From Desulfobulbaceae bacterium (GTDB taxonomy: Bacteria; Desulfobacterota; Desulfobulbia; Desulfobulbales; SURF-16), in assembly GCA_020444175.1 (NCBI GenBank), contig JAHLLM010000005.1, positions 4,210 to 68,209 of the forward strand: a stretch of DNA of 64,000 nucleotides, given 5' to 3'. The notes under the pieces were generated by a model that saw only the letters and a list, made by a program, of their open reading frames with translations, was not told where the DNA came from and made no database searches. The number at the start of each line of letters is the position of its first letter. Position 1 is the first letter of the stretch. This document shows, one piece after another, positions 35,008 to 45,244 of the stretch. The position numbers and the translations under genes are program-made.

Positions 35008-36791
35008 TACGACTTGACCGCGTAAAAAAACTGATACCGGGTGAAAATGCCCTGATGGTGGTCATTGCCTCTTTTATCGGTCTTGCAGCCGGCTGCGCCA
35101 ATATTCTCTTCCGGTCCACGGAACAGTTTGTCCACCATTATATATTCCAGACCGGATATAATTTTTTTGTGGGCGACGGCGGCCTGCGCCTGCTTTTTTT
35201 GCCCATTCTTCCCATGTTCGGCATGCTGCTCCTTATCCCGCTCTCTTATTTTTTCCCCGGTGAGGTAAACGGCTATGGCTTTACCAAGTTTCTGCGCAAG
35301 GTGAATCTGCAGGGCGGTGTTGTTCGATTTCGAACTATTTTTCTCAAAATTGTTTCTACCTCGCTGACCATTGGTACCGGCGGTTCTGCCGGGGTTGAAG
35401 GACCCATTGCCCAGGTCGGGGGGGCTTTAGGGTCCCAGGTGGGGCAGTCATTCCGTGTGTCCGGTGACCGCATGAAGGTTTATATCGGCGCCGGCTGTGC
35501 CGGCGGTATTGCCGCCATGTTTAATGCTCCTCTGGCCGGTGTTTTTTTTGCTTCGGAAATAGTGCTCCTTGGCACATATGAAATCTCTTCGTTCTCTGCC
35601 CTGGTTATTTCCTCTGCCATGGCTACTGTTGTTTCCAGGGCCACGTACGGTGAAATGCCCGCTTTTACCCTGCCTGCCTATCACCTTATCAATCCGCTTA
35701 TAGAGATCCCGCTTTATATTCTGATGGGTATCGTTGTCGGTTGCGTTGCCGTGCTGCATATCCGTATTTTCTATATGATCAGGGACTGGTTCGCTAAAAT
35801 CTCCATGAATACTTATGTTAAGCCGATAATAGGCGCATTTATTGTTGGTTCCATAGGTATTGCATTCCCCCAGGTGATGGGGAGCGGTTATGATTATATC
35901 ACTGACGTCTTGCAGGGAAACGGTGTCGCATGGTTTATGCTGCTTCTGGTCTTTGCCAAGATTCTGTCAACAGCAATAACTTTGGGCTCCGGTGGGGCAG
36001 GTGGGGTATTTGCTCCATCCCTCTTTATCGGCGCAGTACTTGGCGGCACCTTTGGCAGTGTTGCCAACTATCTGCTGCCCGATGGCTCCATCGCCTCCAG
36101 CGGTGCCTATGCGGCTGTTGGTATTGGATCTTTTCTCGGGGCGGTGACCCACGCTCCACTGACTGCTATCTTTCTGCTCTTTGAAATGACAGGGAACTAC
36201 CTGATTATAATTCCCATTATGGTGACAAGTATTATCGGTACGGTTGTATCCAAAAAATTGTATCGAGATTCCATAGATACCGTTGATTTCACCAGGGACG
36301 GTATTGATATTCACGAAGGGCGGGAAACTGCGGTCTTAAAATCGATCAAAGTCGGCAAGTCAATGACTGAAGATGTGGGATTTATCAGTGAGTCGGCGAA
36401 TGTGAATCATCTCTTGAAGATTTTCAGTATGGCAGAGGACAGTTTCTATTTTCCTGTACTGGCTGATGCCGGGACGAATGCCGGGCAAATGGTGGGAATC
36501 ATTTCCCTGCAGGACGTTAAAAACATCCTCCACGATGAAGAACTCAGGGTAAGTGCCAGTGTGGGGAATATCTGCGCCAGAGATGTCATAACCCTGACCC
36601 CGGATGATGATCTCTACAAGGCCATGACCCTTTTTACTGTCAAAGGAATCGAAGAGATCCCGGTTGTGGAAAAAGAAAATGCCCGCTGGGTTGTTGGCAT
36701 GCTGAAACGTCGTGATGCGCTTGCCTCCTATAACAGAGAGGTTTTGAAGCGCGGCATAAGCATGAAGACTGCCGCTATACGTATAGATTAG
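35004..36791 (+). CDS. ClC-family voltage-gated chloride channel/antiporter with C-terminal CBS pair
   Basis: ClC signatures GSGGSAGVEGP, GGIAAMFNAPLAG and GGAGGVFAPSLFIG, with two C-terminal CBS domains. ATGA overlap with the preceding gene. Confidence 0.9.
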   Translation: MIRLDRVKKLIPGENALMVVIASFIGLAAGCANILFRSTEQFVHHYIFQTGYNFFVGDGGLRLLFLPILPMFGMLLLIPLSYFFPGEVNGYGFTKFLRKVNLQGGVVRFRTIFLKIVSTSLTIGTGGSAGVEGPIAQVGGALGSQVGQSFRVSGDRMKVYIGAGCAGGIAAMFNAPLAGVFFASEIVLLGTYEISSFSALVISSAMATVVSRATYGEMPAFTLPAYHLINPLIEIPLYILMGIVVGCVAVLHIRIFYMIRDWFAKISMNTYVKPIIGAFIVGSIGIAFPQVMGSGYDYITDVLQGNGVAWFMLLLVFAKILSTAITLGSGGAGGVFAPSLFIGAVLGGTFGSVANYLLPDGSIASSGAYAAVGIGSFLGAVTHAPLTAIFLLFEMTGNYLIIIPIMVTSIIGTVVSKKLYRDSIDTVDFTRDGIDIHEGRETAVLKSIKVGKSMTEDVGFISESANVNHLLKIFSMAEDSFYFPVLADAGTNAGQMVGIISLQDVKNILHDEELRVSASVGNICARDVITLTPDDDLYKAMTLFTVKGIEEIPVVEKENARWVVGMLKRRDALASYNREVLKRGISMKTAAIRID

Positions 36792-37672
36792 CCTGCTTCA
36801 CGGGCGGCAATATCCCAGAATGCCTTCACCACCGGGTTACGCATGTTTTTTCTAGCCGTACAAACCCCGACGGAAAAGGGCGTCAGCTTAGGTGATACAT
36901 CCAGGATGTCGATCTGGTCCATCAGGGGGCTTTTTTCCAGAACAAGCCGTGGAACCACACCTATGCCGCATCCCAGGCTTACCATGGCGATGATTGCTTC
37001 ATTGCCGGCTACCTGGGCGTAAATGTTGGGACGGATTCTTTTATTCTTAAACCAGCTGCTCAACCGTTCGCGACCTAATCCGCGTTCGGCCATAATTATG
37101 GGAGTCTGTTCCCATTTTATAGATGATGGAGCCGGTTTTGAGCCATCCTGGAAGTGTTTTGGAGCTATGAAAATGAGCGGGGTGTCCAGGATATTTATAA
37201 ATTCCAATTTGGCTGGAAGCTTTTCGGGTAAGGCTGCAATGGTTACATCGACCTCTCTGTTTTGCAGTTTGGTGATGGCATTGGCCGCATCCCCGGTCTG
37301 CAGGGAAATGTGTATCTGTGGGTAATTTTCCCGGTATTTGCTCAGTATTTGCGGAAGAATGGAGTAGGCGGCCGTGACTGAACTGTAAAGGGAAATTTCT
37401 CCCTTAAGATTTTCTTCATCAGTTGATAAGTCACTCTGAAGCTGGCGCCACTGCTTAATAGCCTCTCCAGCGTATATCCGTAATCTTTCTCCTGCCTGGG
37501 TGAGGGAAACTGATCTGTTGTCGCGTATAAAGAGTTTTTTGCCTATTTCGCCTTCAAGTCTTTGAATGGTACGGGTCAGGGCGGACGGGGTGATATTACA
37601 GGCCTGGCTTGTGCGGCCGAAGTGCAGGCTGCCGGATAAATGTTTAAAGACGATCAGTTCGTGAATGTCCAT
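36788..37672 (-). CDS. ilvY: LysR-family transcriptional activator IlvY
   Basis: Collinear similarity to enterobacterial IlvY as I recall it (SVTAAYS.LP.IL...P...I.L.TGDAA.A, TPF..GVC..K....P...AFW). Divergent from ilvC. Confidence 0.88.
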   Translation of the reverse strand: MDIHELIVFKHLSGSLHFGRTSQACNITPSALTRTIQRLEGEIGKKLFIRDNRSVSLTQAGERLRIYAGEAIKQWRQLQSDLSTDEENLKGEISLYSSVTAAYSILPQILSKYRENYPQIHISLQTGDAANAITKLQNREVDVTIAALPEKLPAKLEFINILDTPLIFIAPKHFQDGSKPAPSSIKWEQTPIIMAERGLGRERLSSWFKNKRIRPNIYAQVAGNEAIIAMVSLGCGIGVVPRLVLEKSPLMDQIDILDVSPKLTPFSVGVCTARKNMRNPVVKAFWDIAAREAG

Positions 37673-37804
37673 GGTGATTTTTTATTTCCACCAAAGTACA
37701 AAGACATAAAGGCTTTGTAAAACTGGGAAAAGCGAGTTATTAAAATGTCGTTGTCCTTGCGGTGGTAAGCAGGACATAAATATATAAGCATATTTTCTGT
37801 TGCT

Positions 37805-37819
37805 TTGCATTTAATGCAA
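37805..37819. promoter_or_regulatory. Candidate LysR (IlvY) operator, T-N11-A dyad
   Basis: TTGCAT-tta-ATGCAA, a perfect 6-bp-arm palindrome containing TGCA-N5-TGCA (T-N11-A), in the ilvY-ilvC divergent region. Confidence 0.4.
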
Positions 37820-38019
37820 TACTGTATAGCGAATAAGTCACTTTACGCAACGAAAAAAAATGGTAACCTGTAAGCGCTATGATTTGTAAAGATTGACGGT
37901 TCAGTAAAAAATGTTCAATTCAAGTCCTCTTGTAATAATGTGTTGATATTACTTTGGGGAATGTGAAGCTTTAGACTTTTTTACGAGTTCGTTTTAATTC
38001 ACACCTTAAGGAGAAAAAC

Positions 38020-39492
38020 ATGGGTCAAAATTATTTTAATACCTTGCCGCTGCGTATTCAGCTTGAAGAACTTGGACAGTGTCGTTTTATGGATGCCTCT
38101 GAATTTAACGGCGTTGAAGCTCTGAAAGGCAAAAAGATCGTTATCGTCGGCTGCGGAGCTCAGGGGCTTCACCAGGGATTGAACTTGCGCGACAGTGGTC
38201 TCGACGTTTCCTACACTTTGCGTGATGCCGCAATAGCGGAGAAGCGTCAGTCCTGGAAAAATGCCACTGAAAATGGTTTTACCGTTGGTAACTATGAGGA
38301 ATTGATTCCTTCAGCCGATCTTGTTATTAACCTGACACCGGATAAACAGCACTCAAATGTTGTTGCTGCGATTATGCCTCTGATAAAGGAAGGAGCCTGT
38401 CTCTCTTATTCCCACGGTTTTAATATAGTTGAAGAGGGTATGCAGATTCGGAAGGACCTGACCGTCATCATGGTGGCCCCCAAATCCCCTGGAACCGAGG
38501 TGCGTGAGGAGTATAAACGCGGATTCGGCGTGCCGACTCTTATAGCCGTGCATCGCGAAAACGATCCGAAAGGCGAGGGGTGGGAGCTTGCCAAGGCCTA
38601 TGCCTGTGGAACAGGCGCTGATCGTGCCGGCGTTCTTCAATCTTCATTTATCGCAGAGGTCAAGTCCGATCTTATGGGCGAGCAGACCATTCTCTGCGGT
38701 ATGCTGCAGGCCGGTTCTCTCCTCTGTTACGATAAGATGATTGAGAAAGGTGTTGATGCCGGTTACGCCTCAAAACTCATTCAATATGGATGGGAAACAG
38801 TTACCGAAGCCCTGAAGCATGGCGGTATCACCAACATGATGGATCGTCTTTCCAATCCGGCCAAGCTGAAAGCAGTTGAGCTGGCCGAGGAGATGAAAGA
38901 AATTCTCACCCCGCTTTTTGAAACACATATGGACAATATCATGTCCGGGCATTTCTCAAAAACAATGATGGAAGACTGGGCAAACGATGATGCCAATCTT
39001 TTGGGATGGCGGGCCGCCACTGCAGAGACTGCCTTTGAAAAATCAGTCAATACCGATGCCGATATAACTGAGCAGGAATATTTCGATAATGGCATTCTGA
39101 TGGTCGCCATGGTCAAAGCCGGTGTGGAGCTGGCATTCGACACCATGGTCTCAGCTGGTATCAAAGAAGAGTCGGCTTACTACGAATCTCTGCACGAGGT
39201 GCCGCTCATCGCCAACACAATTGCCCGCAAGAAACTGTATGAAATGAATGTGGTCATTTCCGATACCGCAGAATACGGCTGCTATCTCTTTGCCCATGCG
39301 GCAGTGCCACTGCTTGCCGACTTCATGAAGAAAATCGATGCTGACGTTATTGGGAAAGGTCTTGACGTCAAGGACAACGGGGTGGATAATATTGACCTGA
39401 TCAATGCCAATGACATTATCCGCAATACCGGTGTTGAGTATATTGGAGAGGAGCTGCGTTCCTACATGAGCGCCATGAAGCCTATCCTGTAG
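38020..39492 (+). CDS. ilvC: Ketol-acid reductoisomerase, class II (long, ~490 aa form)
   Basis: 490 aa starting MGQNYFNTL, with GCGAQG NADPH-binding and duplicated knotted domains as in the E. coli-type enzyme. AAGGAG RBS. Confidence 0.97.
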   Translation: MGQNYFNTLPLRIQLEELGQCRFMDASEFNGVEALKGKKIVIVGCGAQGLHQGLNLRDSGLDVSYTLRDAAIAEKRQSWKNATENGFTVGNYEELIPSADLVINLTPDKQHSNVVAAIMPLIKEGACLSYSHGFNIVEEGMQIRKDLTVIMVAPKSPGTEVREEYKRGFGVPTLIAVHRENDPKGEGWELAKAYACGTGADRAGVLQSSFIAEVKSDLMGEQTILCGMLQAGSLLCYDKMIEKGVDAGYASKLIQYGWETVTEALKHGGITNMMDRLSNPAKLKAVELAEEMKEILTPLFETHMDNIMSGHFSKTMMEDWANDDANLLGWRAATAETAFEKSVNTDADITEQEYFDNGILMVAMVKAGVELAFDTMVSAGIKEESAYYESLHEVPLIANTIARKKLYEMNVVISDTAEYGCYLFAHAAVPLLADFMKKIDADVIGKGLDVKDNGVDNIDLINANDIIRNTGVEYIGEELRSYMSAMKPIL

Positions 39493-39521
39493 GATTTACG
39501 TTTTTTCTAACTGGTGTTTAC

Positions 39522-39547
39522 GGGAGTCCTTTTGGGCTCCCTTTTTT
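39522..39547 (+). terminator. Rho-independent terminator of ilvC
   Basis: GGGAGTCC-tttt-GGGCTCCC (8 bp including one G-U pair), followed by TTTTTT. Confidence 0.7.
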
Positions 39548-39620
39548 GTTTGTCCGGTTGGGAAATGAGCCGGCAATGGAATGACAGTCGCCGGTTTGCT
39601 GGGGAAAATACCACTGTAAA

Positions 39621-40244
39621 GTGAAATTAATGACGTCATCACCCGTTGTACAGACTCTCTTTTTGTGGAGCATCTGGTGCACCCTGCATAGTGTGCTTAT
39701 TGCCCACTGGTGGCTCAATTGGCTGCATTCCATTCTGGGAGAGCGTCTTGTTCAGGGCTGGTATCGTCTCTTTTTTAATGTGTTCAGCATGGTCACGGTG
39801 ACAGGGGTTGTTTTCTATCAATTTTCATTAAAACAGGTTATTTTATTTTCCTGGCCGGGCTGGTGGCAGCTCGTAAAGACCGCACTTTACCTCTACAGTG
39901 CTTTTATGTTTTACGCGGGTTGGAGAAAGTATGATCTGCCTTTTTTTCTGGGGATAAAACAGCTTAAAGGGTATCTGGCAAAGGCAAGAGAGGTTCCTTC
40001 CCATTTTAACTCCAATAGCGGAGGAGGAGTGCGCCATCCATGGTATTCAGGAGGAATTGCCCTGGTCTGGGCCTTTGGTGCGATTACTGATGTCAGCCTG
40101 GCAAGCAAGATTATTCTTTCTCTGTATTTTATAATAGGGACTCTGCTTGAGGAAAGAAAGTTGCGCGCCCACATCGGCACGGCGTATGATGAGTATTGTC
40201 GTCATGTTCCCATGCTCTTTCCATCTCTTCGCTTTAAAAAATGA
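39621..40244 (+). CDS. Membrane methyltransferase family protein (ICMT/PEMT/NnrU-like)
   Basis: Multiple TM helices and the C-terminal signature VRHPWYSGG...LEERKL....G.AYDEY...VPML. The start is uncertain (GTG 39621 or ATG 39630). Confidence 0.68.
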   Translation: MKLMTSSPVVQTLFLWSIWCTLHSVLIAHWWLNWLHSILGERLVQGWYRLFFNVFSMVTVTGVVFYQFSLKQVILFSWPGWWQLVKTALYLYSAFMFYAGWRKYDLPFFLGIKQLKGYLAKAREVPSHFNSNSGGGVRHPWYSGGIALVWAFGAITDVSLASKIILSLYFIIGTLLEERKLRAHIGTAYDEYCRHVPMLFPSLRFKK

Positions 40245-41833
40245 AAAAAGCTGCCTCTGATACCGGAAAAATAGCCCGTTCCGCCGGGACAGTGTCTTTT
40301 GCCGTCATGTGCAGCAGGGTTCTCGGGTTGGTGCGGGAGCAGGCCTTTGCTGTCCTGTTCGGGGCAGGATACGCCTACGATGCCTTTGTCGTTGCCTTCC
40401 GTATTCCAAATCTGTTGCGTGATCTTTTTGGCGAGGGGGCGCTCAGTTCCGCCTTTGTAACCGTTTTTTCCGATTATGACGCCAACAAGGGGGAAAAGGC
40501 GACCTGGAAGCTTGCCAATAACGTCCTTGTTTTTTTCGCAATGCTGCTCAGCATCATCACCATTGCAGGCATTGTTTTTGCCGATCCCCTGGTACGGCTT
40601 CTGGTCGATACCGAGTTTGTCCAGGTAGCGGGTAAGGTCGAGCTTACCCGCAAGCTCACTGTTATCATGTTTCCTTTTCTGGTGTTCGTGTCACTGTCAG
40701 CAGTGGTGATGGGCATGCTCAACACCAAGGGCAGATTTTTCATCCCGGCAATGGCATCCAGTTTTTTCAACATGGGCTCCATTGTCGGCGGCGTGAGCCT
40801 CGCTTTTCTCCTGCCGCGATTCGGTTATCCCCCTATCATGGGTATGGCCATAGGCACCTTAATAGGCGGGTTCCTGCAGCTCAGCGGCCAGATTCCGACA
40901 CTGTTGAAGACAGGTTTTAGCTTCCGGCCGGGTCTTGATTTATCCGATCCCGGTTTACGCCGCATAGTGCGCCTTATGCTGCCTGCGGTAATAGGTCTTT
41001 CCGCCACCCAGATCAATATTTTTATCAATACCAAGTTTGCCTCGTCCTGCGCAGAGGGGAGTGTTTCCTGGCTCAACTATGCCTTTCGTCTTGTCCAGCT
41101 GCCGATAGGGGTCTTCGGGGTGGCGATTTCCATAGCGTCGCTGCCGGTCATTGCCAGATACGCGGCAGCCAAAAACATGGATAAGCTGCGGGAAACGTTT
41201 ACCTCGTCCATAACCATGGCCTTTTGTCTCACCATTCCGGCAAGTTTCGGGCTCTGGTTTCTGGCCGAGCCGATAATCCGCATTATCTTCCAATACGGAG
41301 CCTTCACAGCTGATGATACCCTGCGCACAGCCGAGGCATTGCGCTTTTACGCAGTCGGCCTTTTTGCCTATTCATCAGTGAAAATCATGGTCCCTGTTTT
41401 TTTTGCCCTTGATGACACCCGTTATCCTGTCATTGCCAGCTTCCTGGCAGTGGGGGCTAATCTGGTCTTTGTCACTCTTTTTATAGAGGCTTTTCAGCAT
41501 AAAGCCATCGCTCTGTCAACCTCTTCGGCCATGATATGTAATTTTCTTTTCCTCAGCTTTGTGCTGTATCGCAAGCTTTCCGGTTATTCTCTGAGCTATC
41601 TTTTCGAAGGGGTGGGCAAGGTGTTTGTCGCCTCCGTGGCCATGGCCCTGTGGCTCAAGGTTTTACTTCTTTTTACAAAGAATGTGTTTGCAGGGGCGGT
41701 TTTTCTGCAAATTGTCGGTCTTTTCGTGTATATAACAAGTGCTGTGGGGTTTTACGGCCTTCTTCTTTATCTTTTCAGGGTTCGTGAGCTTACCCTGATT
41801 ATTGAAAAAATAAAGGCACGGGTTATGAAGTGA
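40241..41833 (+). CDS. murJ: Lipid II flippase MurJ (MviN)
   Basis: 530 aa with ~14 TM segments and the N-terminal SR.LG..RE.......G......AF..AFRIPN.LR..F.EGA.S.AF pattern. Confidence 0.93.
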   Translation: MKKAASDTGKIARSAGTVSFAVMCSRVLGLVREQAFAVLFGAGYAYDAFVVAFRIPNLLRDLFGEGALSSAFVTVFSDYDANKGEKATWKLANNVLVFFAMLLSIITIAGIVFADPLVRLLVDTEFVQVAGKVELTRKLTVIMFPFLVFVSLSAVVMGMLNTKGRFFIPAMASSFFNMGSIVGGVSLAFLLPRFGYPPIMGMAIGTLIGGFLQLSGQIPTLLKTGFSFRPGLDLSDPGLRRIVRLMLPAVIGLSATQINIFINTKFASSCAEGSVSWLNYAFRLVQLPIGVFGVAISIASLPVIARYAAAKNMDKLRETFTSSITMAFCLTIPASFGLWFLAEPIIRIIFQYGAFTADDTLRTAEALRFYAVGLFAYSSVKIMVPVFFALDDTRYPVIASFLAVGANLVFVTLFIEAFQHKAIALSTSSAMICNFLFLSFVLYRKLSGYSLSYLFEGVGKVFVASVAMALWLKVLLLFTKNVFAGAVFLQIVGLFVYITSAVGFYGLLLYLFRVRELTLIIEKIKARVMK

Positions 41834-42563
41834 TATAACGGAGCAGGTCGATCTGGGACAAGAGGGCGGGCACTGCGGTATCAACCCGCAGGATGCGCCT
41901 GCCCATGCTGAATGGTACGAATCCCTGCTCCTGAAATTTGTCGATCTCGTAATCGACCCAGCCGCCCTCCGGTCCGATGGCGATAACGGTTTTCTTCTGC
42001 TGCAGTTTTGTGGTGGAGTCAGGCAGTAAGGGAAAGGGGCCGGGATGGGCCACGAGACGGACATTCCAGGCCGCGTTAAGTTGTGGAAGGGTGTCTTCGA
42101 CAAAGGGTTTAAAGCGGCTGTGAATAGTTACTTCCGGAACCCGCGTGTCAACCGCCTGTTCCAGTCCGTGCAGCAGATGCTGGTAAAAGTTGTTTTCCTG
42201 GAGAAGGGAGGCTGAAAAGAAGCTTTTTTCAACCCGGTTGGCGTTGATTAAGAAGATCCTGCCCACACCAAGTGTCGCCGCCTGGGAGAATATCCTTTTC
42301 AGCATAATTGGTCTTGGCAGGGCGAGAATCAGGTCCGTTGGCGGCACTTCCGGTAGGGGCCCGCTGTGGTCCGTACAGAGTTCCACTGAGTCTTTTGAGA
42401 TGGAGATTATTTTACTTGTTCCTGTCGGGCCGTTAATGATTCCTGTGCGGACGATGTCTCCCTGCGACGAGCCGAGTACCTTGATGATATGTTTACTTCG
42501 TCTGTCTTTTAAAACAACCCTGTTGTTCTGTATTTCGGATTTGTCAAAGAGAATAATGTTCAT
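41823..42563 (-). CDS. rsmE: 16S rRNA (uracil1498-N3)-methyltransferase
   Basis: 246 aa with a PUA-like N-terminus (H..KVLR...GD) and the C-terminal SPOUT motif IGPEGGW...E. Confidence 0.9.
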   Translation of the reverse strand: MNIILFDKSEIQNNRVVLKDRRSKHIIKVLGSSQGDIVRTGIINGPTGTSKIISISKDSVELCTDHSGPLPEVPPTDLILALPRPIMLKRIFSQAATLGVGRIFLINANRVEKSFFSASLLQENNFYQHLLHGLEQAVDTRVPEVTIHSRFKPFVEDTLPQLNAAWNVRLVAHPGPFPLLPDSTTKLQQKKTVIAIGPEGGWVDYEIDKFQEQGFVPFSMGRRILRVDTAVPALLSQIDLLRYITS

Positions 42564-42647
42564 ATGGGTGTGGGGTTATTAAATGATATTTAATCTGATT
42601 TTGTTCAAAGTCTTCAGTCTAAACAGCTAATCAGCCTGAAAGGTTCC

Positions 42648-43928
42648 ATGATAATTCTTTATAATTTCCTGCAGATTGCGGCACTTGTCCTGCTTTTTCC
42701 TCTGCTTGTTGTTCTTATTCTGATAAAGGAGAAATATCGTCTTCGCATTCTGAAAAGACTGGGTATTGGTCTTTCGGCGGCGATGCAAGAAATACCAGAT
42801 GGCTCTCCGCGTATCTGGATACATGCCCTTTCCGTTGGAGAGGTGTCTTCCGCTGTCAGCCTGGTTCACGCAGTTCGTGAAAGTTTTCCGGAAGCAGTCA
42901 TCTTTCTTTCTGCTGCAACTTCGTCCGGGGAAAAATTTGCCCGTTCGCTTTCCGGTTTACCTGTTGACCTCCTGTTTTCCTTTCCCCTGGATATCCATCC
43001 GGTGGTGAAATACTTTATCCGTCAACTGCGGCCGGATCTCTTTATTTTGGTAGAGACGGATTTCTGGCCTAATTTTCTGCATACTCTTTCCTCGGAAAAA
43101 GTGCCATCATTACTGGTAAACGGTCGTATCTCTGAGGAATCATATAAAAAGTACCGTTCTTTTCAACCTTTCTTTCTTCCCATGTTCCGCTCTTTTACTT
43201 TTCTTTCCATGCAGAGGCAGGAAGATGTCGTAAAGATGGTGAGCCTCGGAGTTGCTGAGCAGAAAATGAGAGCCCTTGGCAACTTGAAATACGATGCTGT
43301 TGTTCCGGATATGCGTGGGCAAATCCTTCCGCGCCGAGAGGATTTGGCTCTGCCCCATGACAAGACAATTATCATAGCCGGAAGCACCCATAGCGGGGAG
43401 GAAAAAATTATCTGTGAGGTCTTTCAGCGCCTTATCTCGGATTTCCCGGATCTTTTTTTGATTATAGCACCGCGCAACATTGAGCGCAGTAACGATATTT
43501 TCGGGCTGGTTACCCGGATGGGGTTTTACGCGGTCCGCAGGAGTGAGCCGCAGAAATCGGATATGCAGGTGTTACTTGTTGATACCATGGGTGAGCTTGC
43601 CGGGCTCTACGGCCTTGCTGATATTGCCGTTGTCGGGGGAAGTTTTGCTGATTTCGGCGGCCATAACCCGCTGGAGCCGGCGGCTTGGGGGACTCCTGTT
43701 GTTTTTGGGCCGTATATGTATGATTTTGCTGACATTGCCCGGGATATGCTGGATGAGAATGCGGCAATGCAGGCCGCTTCCCAGGAAGAGCTGCGTGAAC
43801 TGCTTTACTTTTTATTGGAACACCGGGAGAAGAGAATGCAGGCCGGTCGGTCGGCGCAGGATTTTATTGCTTTGCGTCAGGGAGTGACAAAGCGTCATAT
43901 TGAATTAATGAAACAGGTATTGCCATGA
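42648..43928 (+). CDS. waaA: 3-deoxy-D-manno-octulosonic acid (Kdo) transferase
   Basis: 426 aa with an N-terminal membrane anchor, WIHALSVGE, ETDFWPN, and a C-terminal GGSF...GGHNPLEPA. Confidence 0.92.
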   Translation: MIILYNFLQIAALVLLFPLLVVLILIKEKYRLRILKRLGIGLSAAMQEIPDGSPRIWIHALSVGEVSSAVSLVHAVRESFPEAVIFLSAATSSGEKFARSLSGLPVDLLFSFPLDIHPVVKYFIRQLRPDLFILVETDFWPNFLHTLSSEKVPSLLVNGRISEESYKKYRSFQPFFLPMFRSFTFLSMQRQEDVVKMVSLGVAEQKMRALGNLKYDAVVPDMRGQILPRREDLALPHDKTIIIAGSTHSGEEKIICEVFQRLISDFPDLFLIIAPRNIERSNDIFGLVTRMGFYAVRRSEPQKSDMQVLLVDTMGELAGLYGLADIAVVGGSFADFGGHNPLEPAAWGTPVVFGPYMYDFADIARDMLDENAAMQAASQEELRELLYFLLEHREKRMQAGRSAQDFIALRQGVTKRHIELMKQVLP

Positions 43929-44977
43929 GTGAAAGTTTACGGATTCTCTTCGGCTTTGGTCGATTTTTCTCACCATTCTACTCCTTTGCCATGTCAATGA
44001 GGGCAGCGTTTTATAAAAAAGGGGTTTTCTCGCAGCATACACTGCCCGTTCCTGTCATCAGCGTCGGCAACCTCACGCTGGGAGGAACCGGCAAGACGCC
44101 CATGACCCTTTTTCTTGCCAAGCTCGTTGCCGCTTATAAACCCGTTATTGTCAGTCGTGGATATGCGGGAGGGGCCAAGGGAGAAGTGAATGTTGTTTCG
44201 GATCACCACAATATCCTTATGGATGCACGAAATGCGGGTGACGAGCCTTATTGCCTGGCCCAGTCGCTGCCTGGCGTGCCCGTGCTGACAAGCAAAAAAA
44301 GGATACAGGGAGGGCAATACGCAGTAGACTATCTGCAGGCGGGTTCAGTCATCCTTGATGATGGTTTCCAGCATCTCGCCCTTCATCGCGATGTAAATAT
44401 TGCCCTCTTCAAGGTTGACAGCTTTCTGGGAAATAATCGTGTTTTCCCTGGCGGAGATATGCGCGAACCATTGAAGGCGCTTAACAGGGCTGATTGCTTT
44501 GTGTTGACCTGCGTGGACGATGATAATCGGGCGAGGGCCGAGGCCATCAGGAAGGCGCTGCTTGGAAAATTTCCTGATATTCCGGTATTCATGGCGGAAT
44601 ATAAAGCGGTTTCTCTGACCATGGGGGAAGGGAGTGATATCCCGGTTTCTGATATGACCGATTCCCTTTTTGGCTTTTGCGGTCTGGCGTATCCTGCTTC
44701 CTTCCAAAAGAGCCTCAAACTGGCAGGCCTGACAACTGTCGGCTTTCAGGGCTTCAAGGATCATTGTCCTTATTTTGCGCCTGAGTTGAAATTCTTAAAA
44801 AAGCAGATAGCCAACTGCGAAGGCGTCCAGGGACTGATCACCACGGAAAAAGACATGGTGAAGCTTACAGGAAAAGATCTTGGCCTGCCGTTGTATGCAC
44901 TGCGCATGGAAATGGTGCCGGAAGAGAGTTTGAGTGATTTTGTTCTGAAAAAACTTTCCGCCCTGGTTGTGCCCTGA
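43925..44977 (+). CDS. lpxK: Tetraacyldisaccharide 4'-kinase
   Basis: P-loop VGNLTLGGTGKTP, SRGYGG-like (SRGYAGG), and DDGFQH. ATGA overlap with waaA. Confidence 0.92.
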   Translation: MSESLRILFGFGRFFSPFYSFAMSMRAAFYKKGVFSQHTLPVPVISVGNLTLGGTGKTPMTLFLAKLVAAYKPVIVSRGYAGGAKGEVNVVSDHHNILMDARNAGDEPYCLAQSLPGVPVLTSKKRIQGGQYAVDYLQAGSVILDDGFQHLALHRDVNIALFKVDSFLGNNRVFPGGDMREPLKALNRADCFVLTCVDDDNRARAEAIRKALLGKFPDIPVFMAEYKAVSLTMGEGSDIPVSDMTDSLFGFCGLAYPASFQKSLKLAGLTTVGFQGFKDHCPYFAPELKFLKKQIANCEGVQGLITTEKDMVKLTGKDLGLPLYALRMEMVPEESLSDFVLKKLSALVVP

Positions 44978-45244
44978 TGACAGTCTCCCCGTCACCATCT
45001 TTTTATGTCAAAAAGAACATGGTGTGTTTTTTTTACAACATGGTTTCAGCGTGTCTCTGACAAACTCTTTCTGGTGGATGTTTCCGTAACTATATGATAT
45101 TTAATATGAAAAAAATATTCGTGCAATTCTGCCTTGCCCGGACCATTTTTTGCATGATTCTTTTTTAAGAAATTTTGTACGTATCAGGAGATGGATATCC
45201 TGTTCTTTTATTACGTAGTTTTAACGGATAGATAAGGTTTATAA

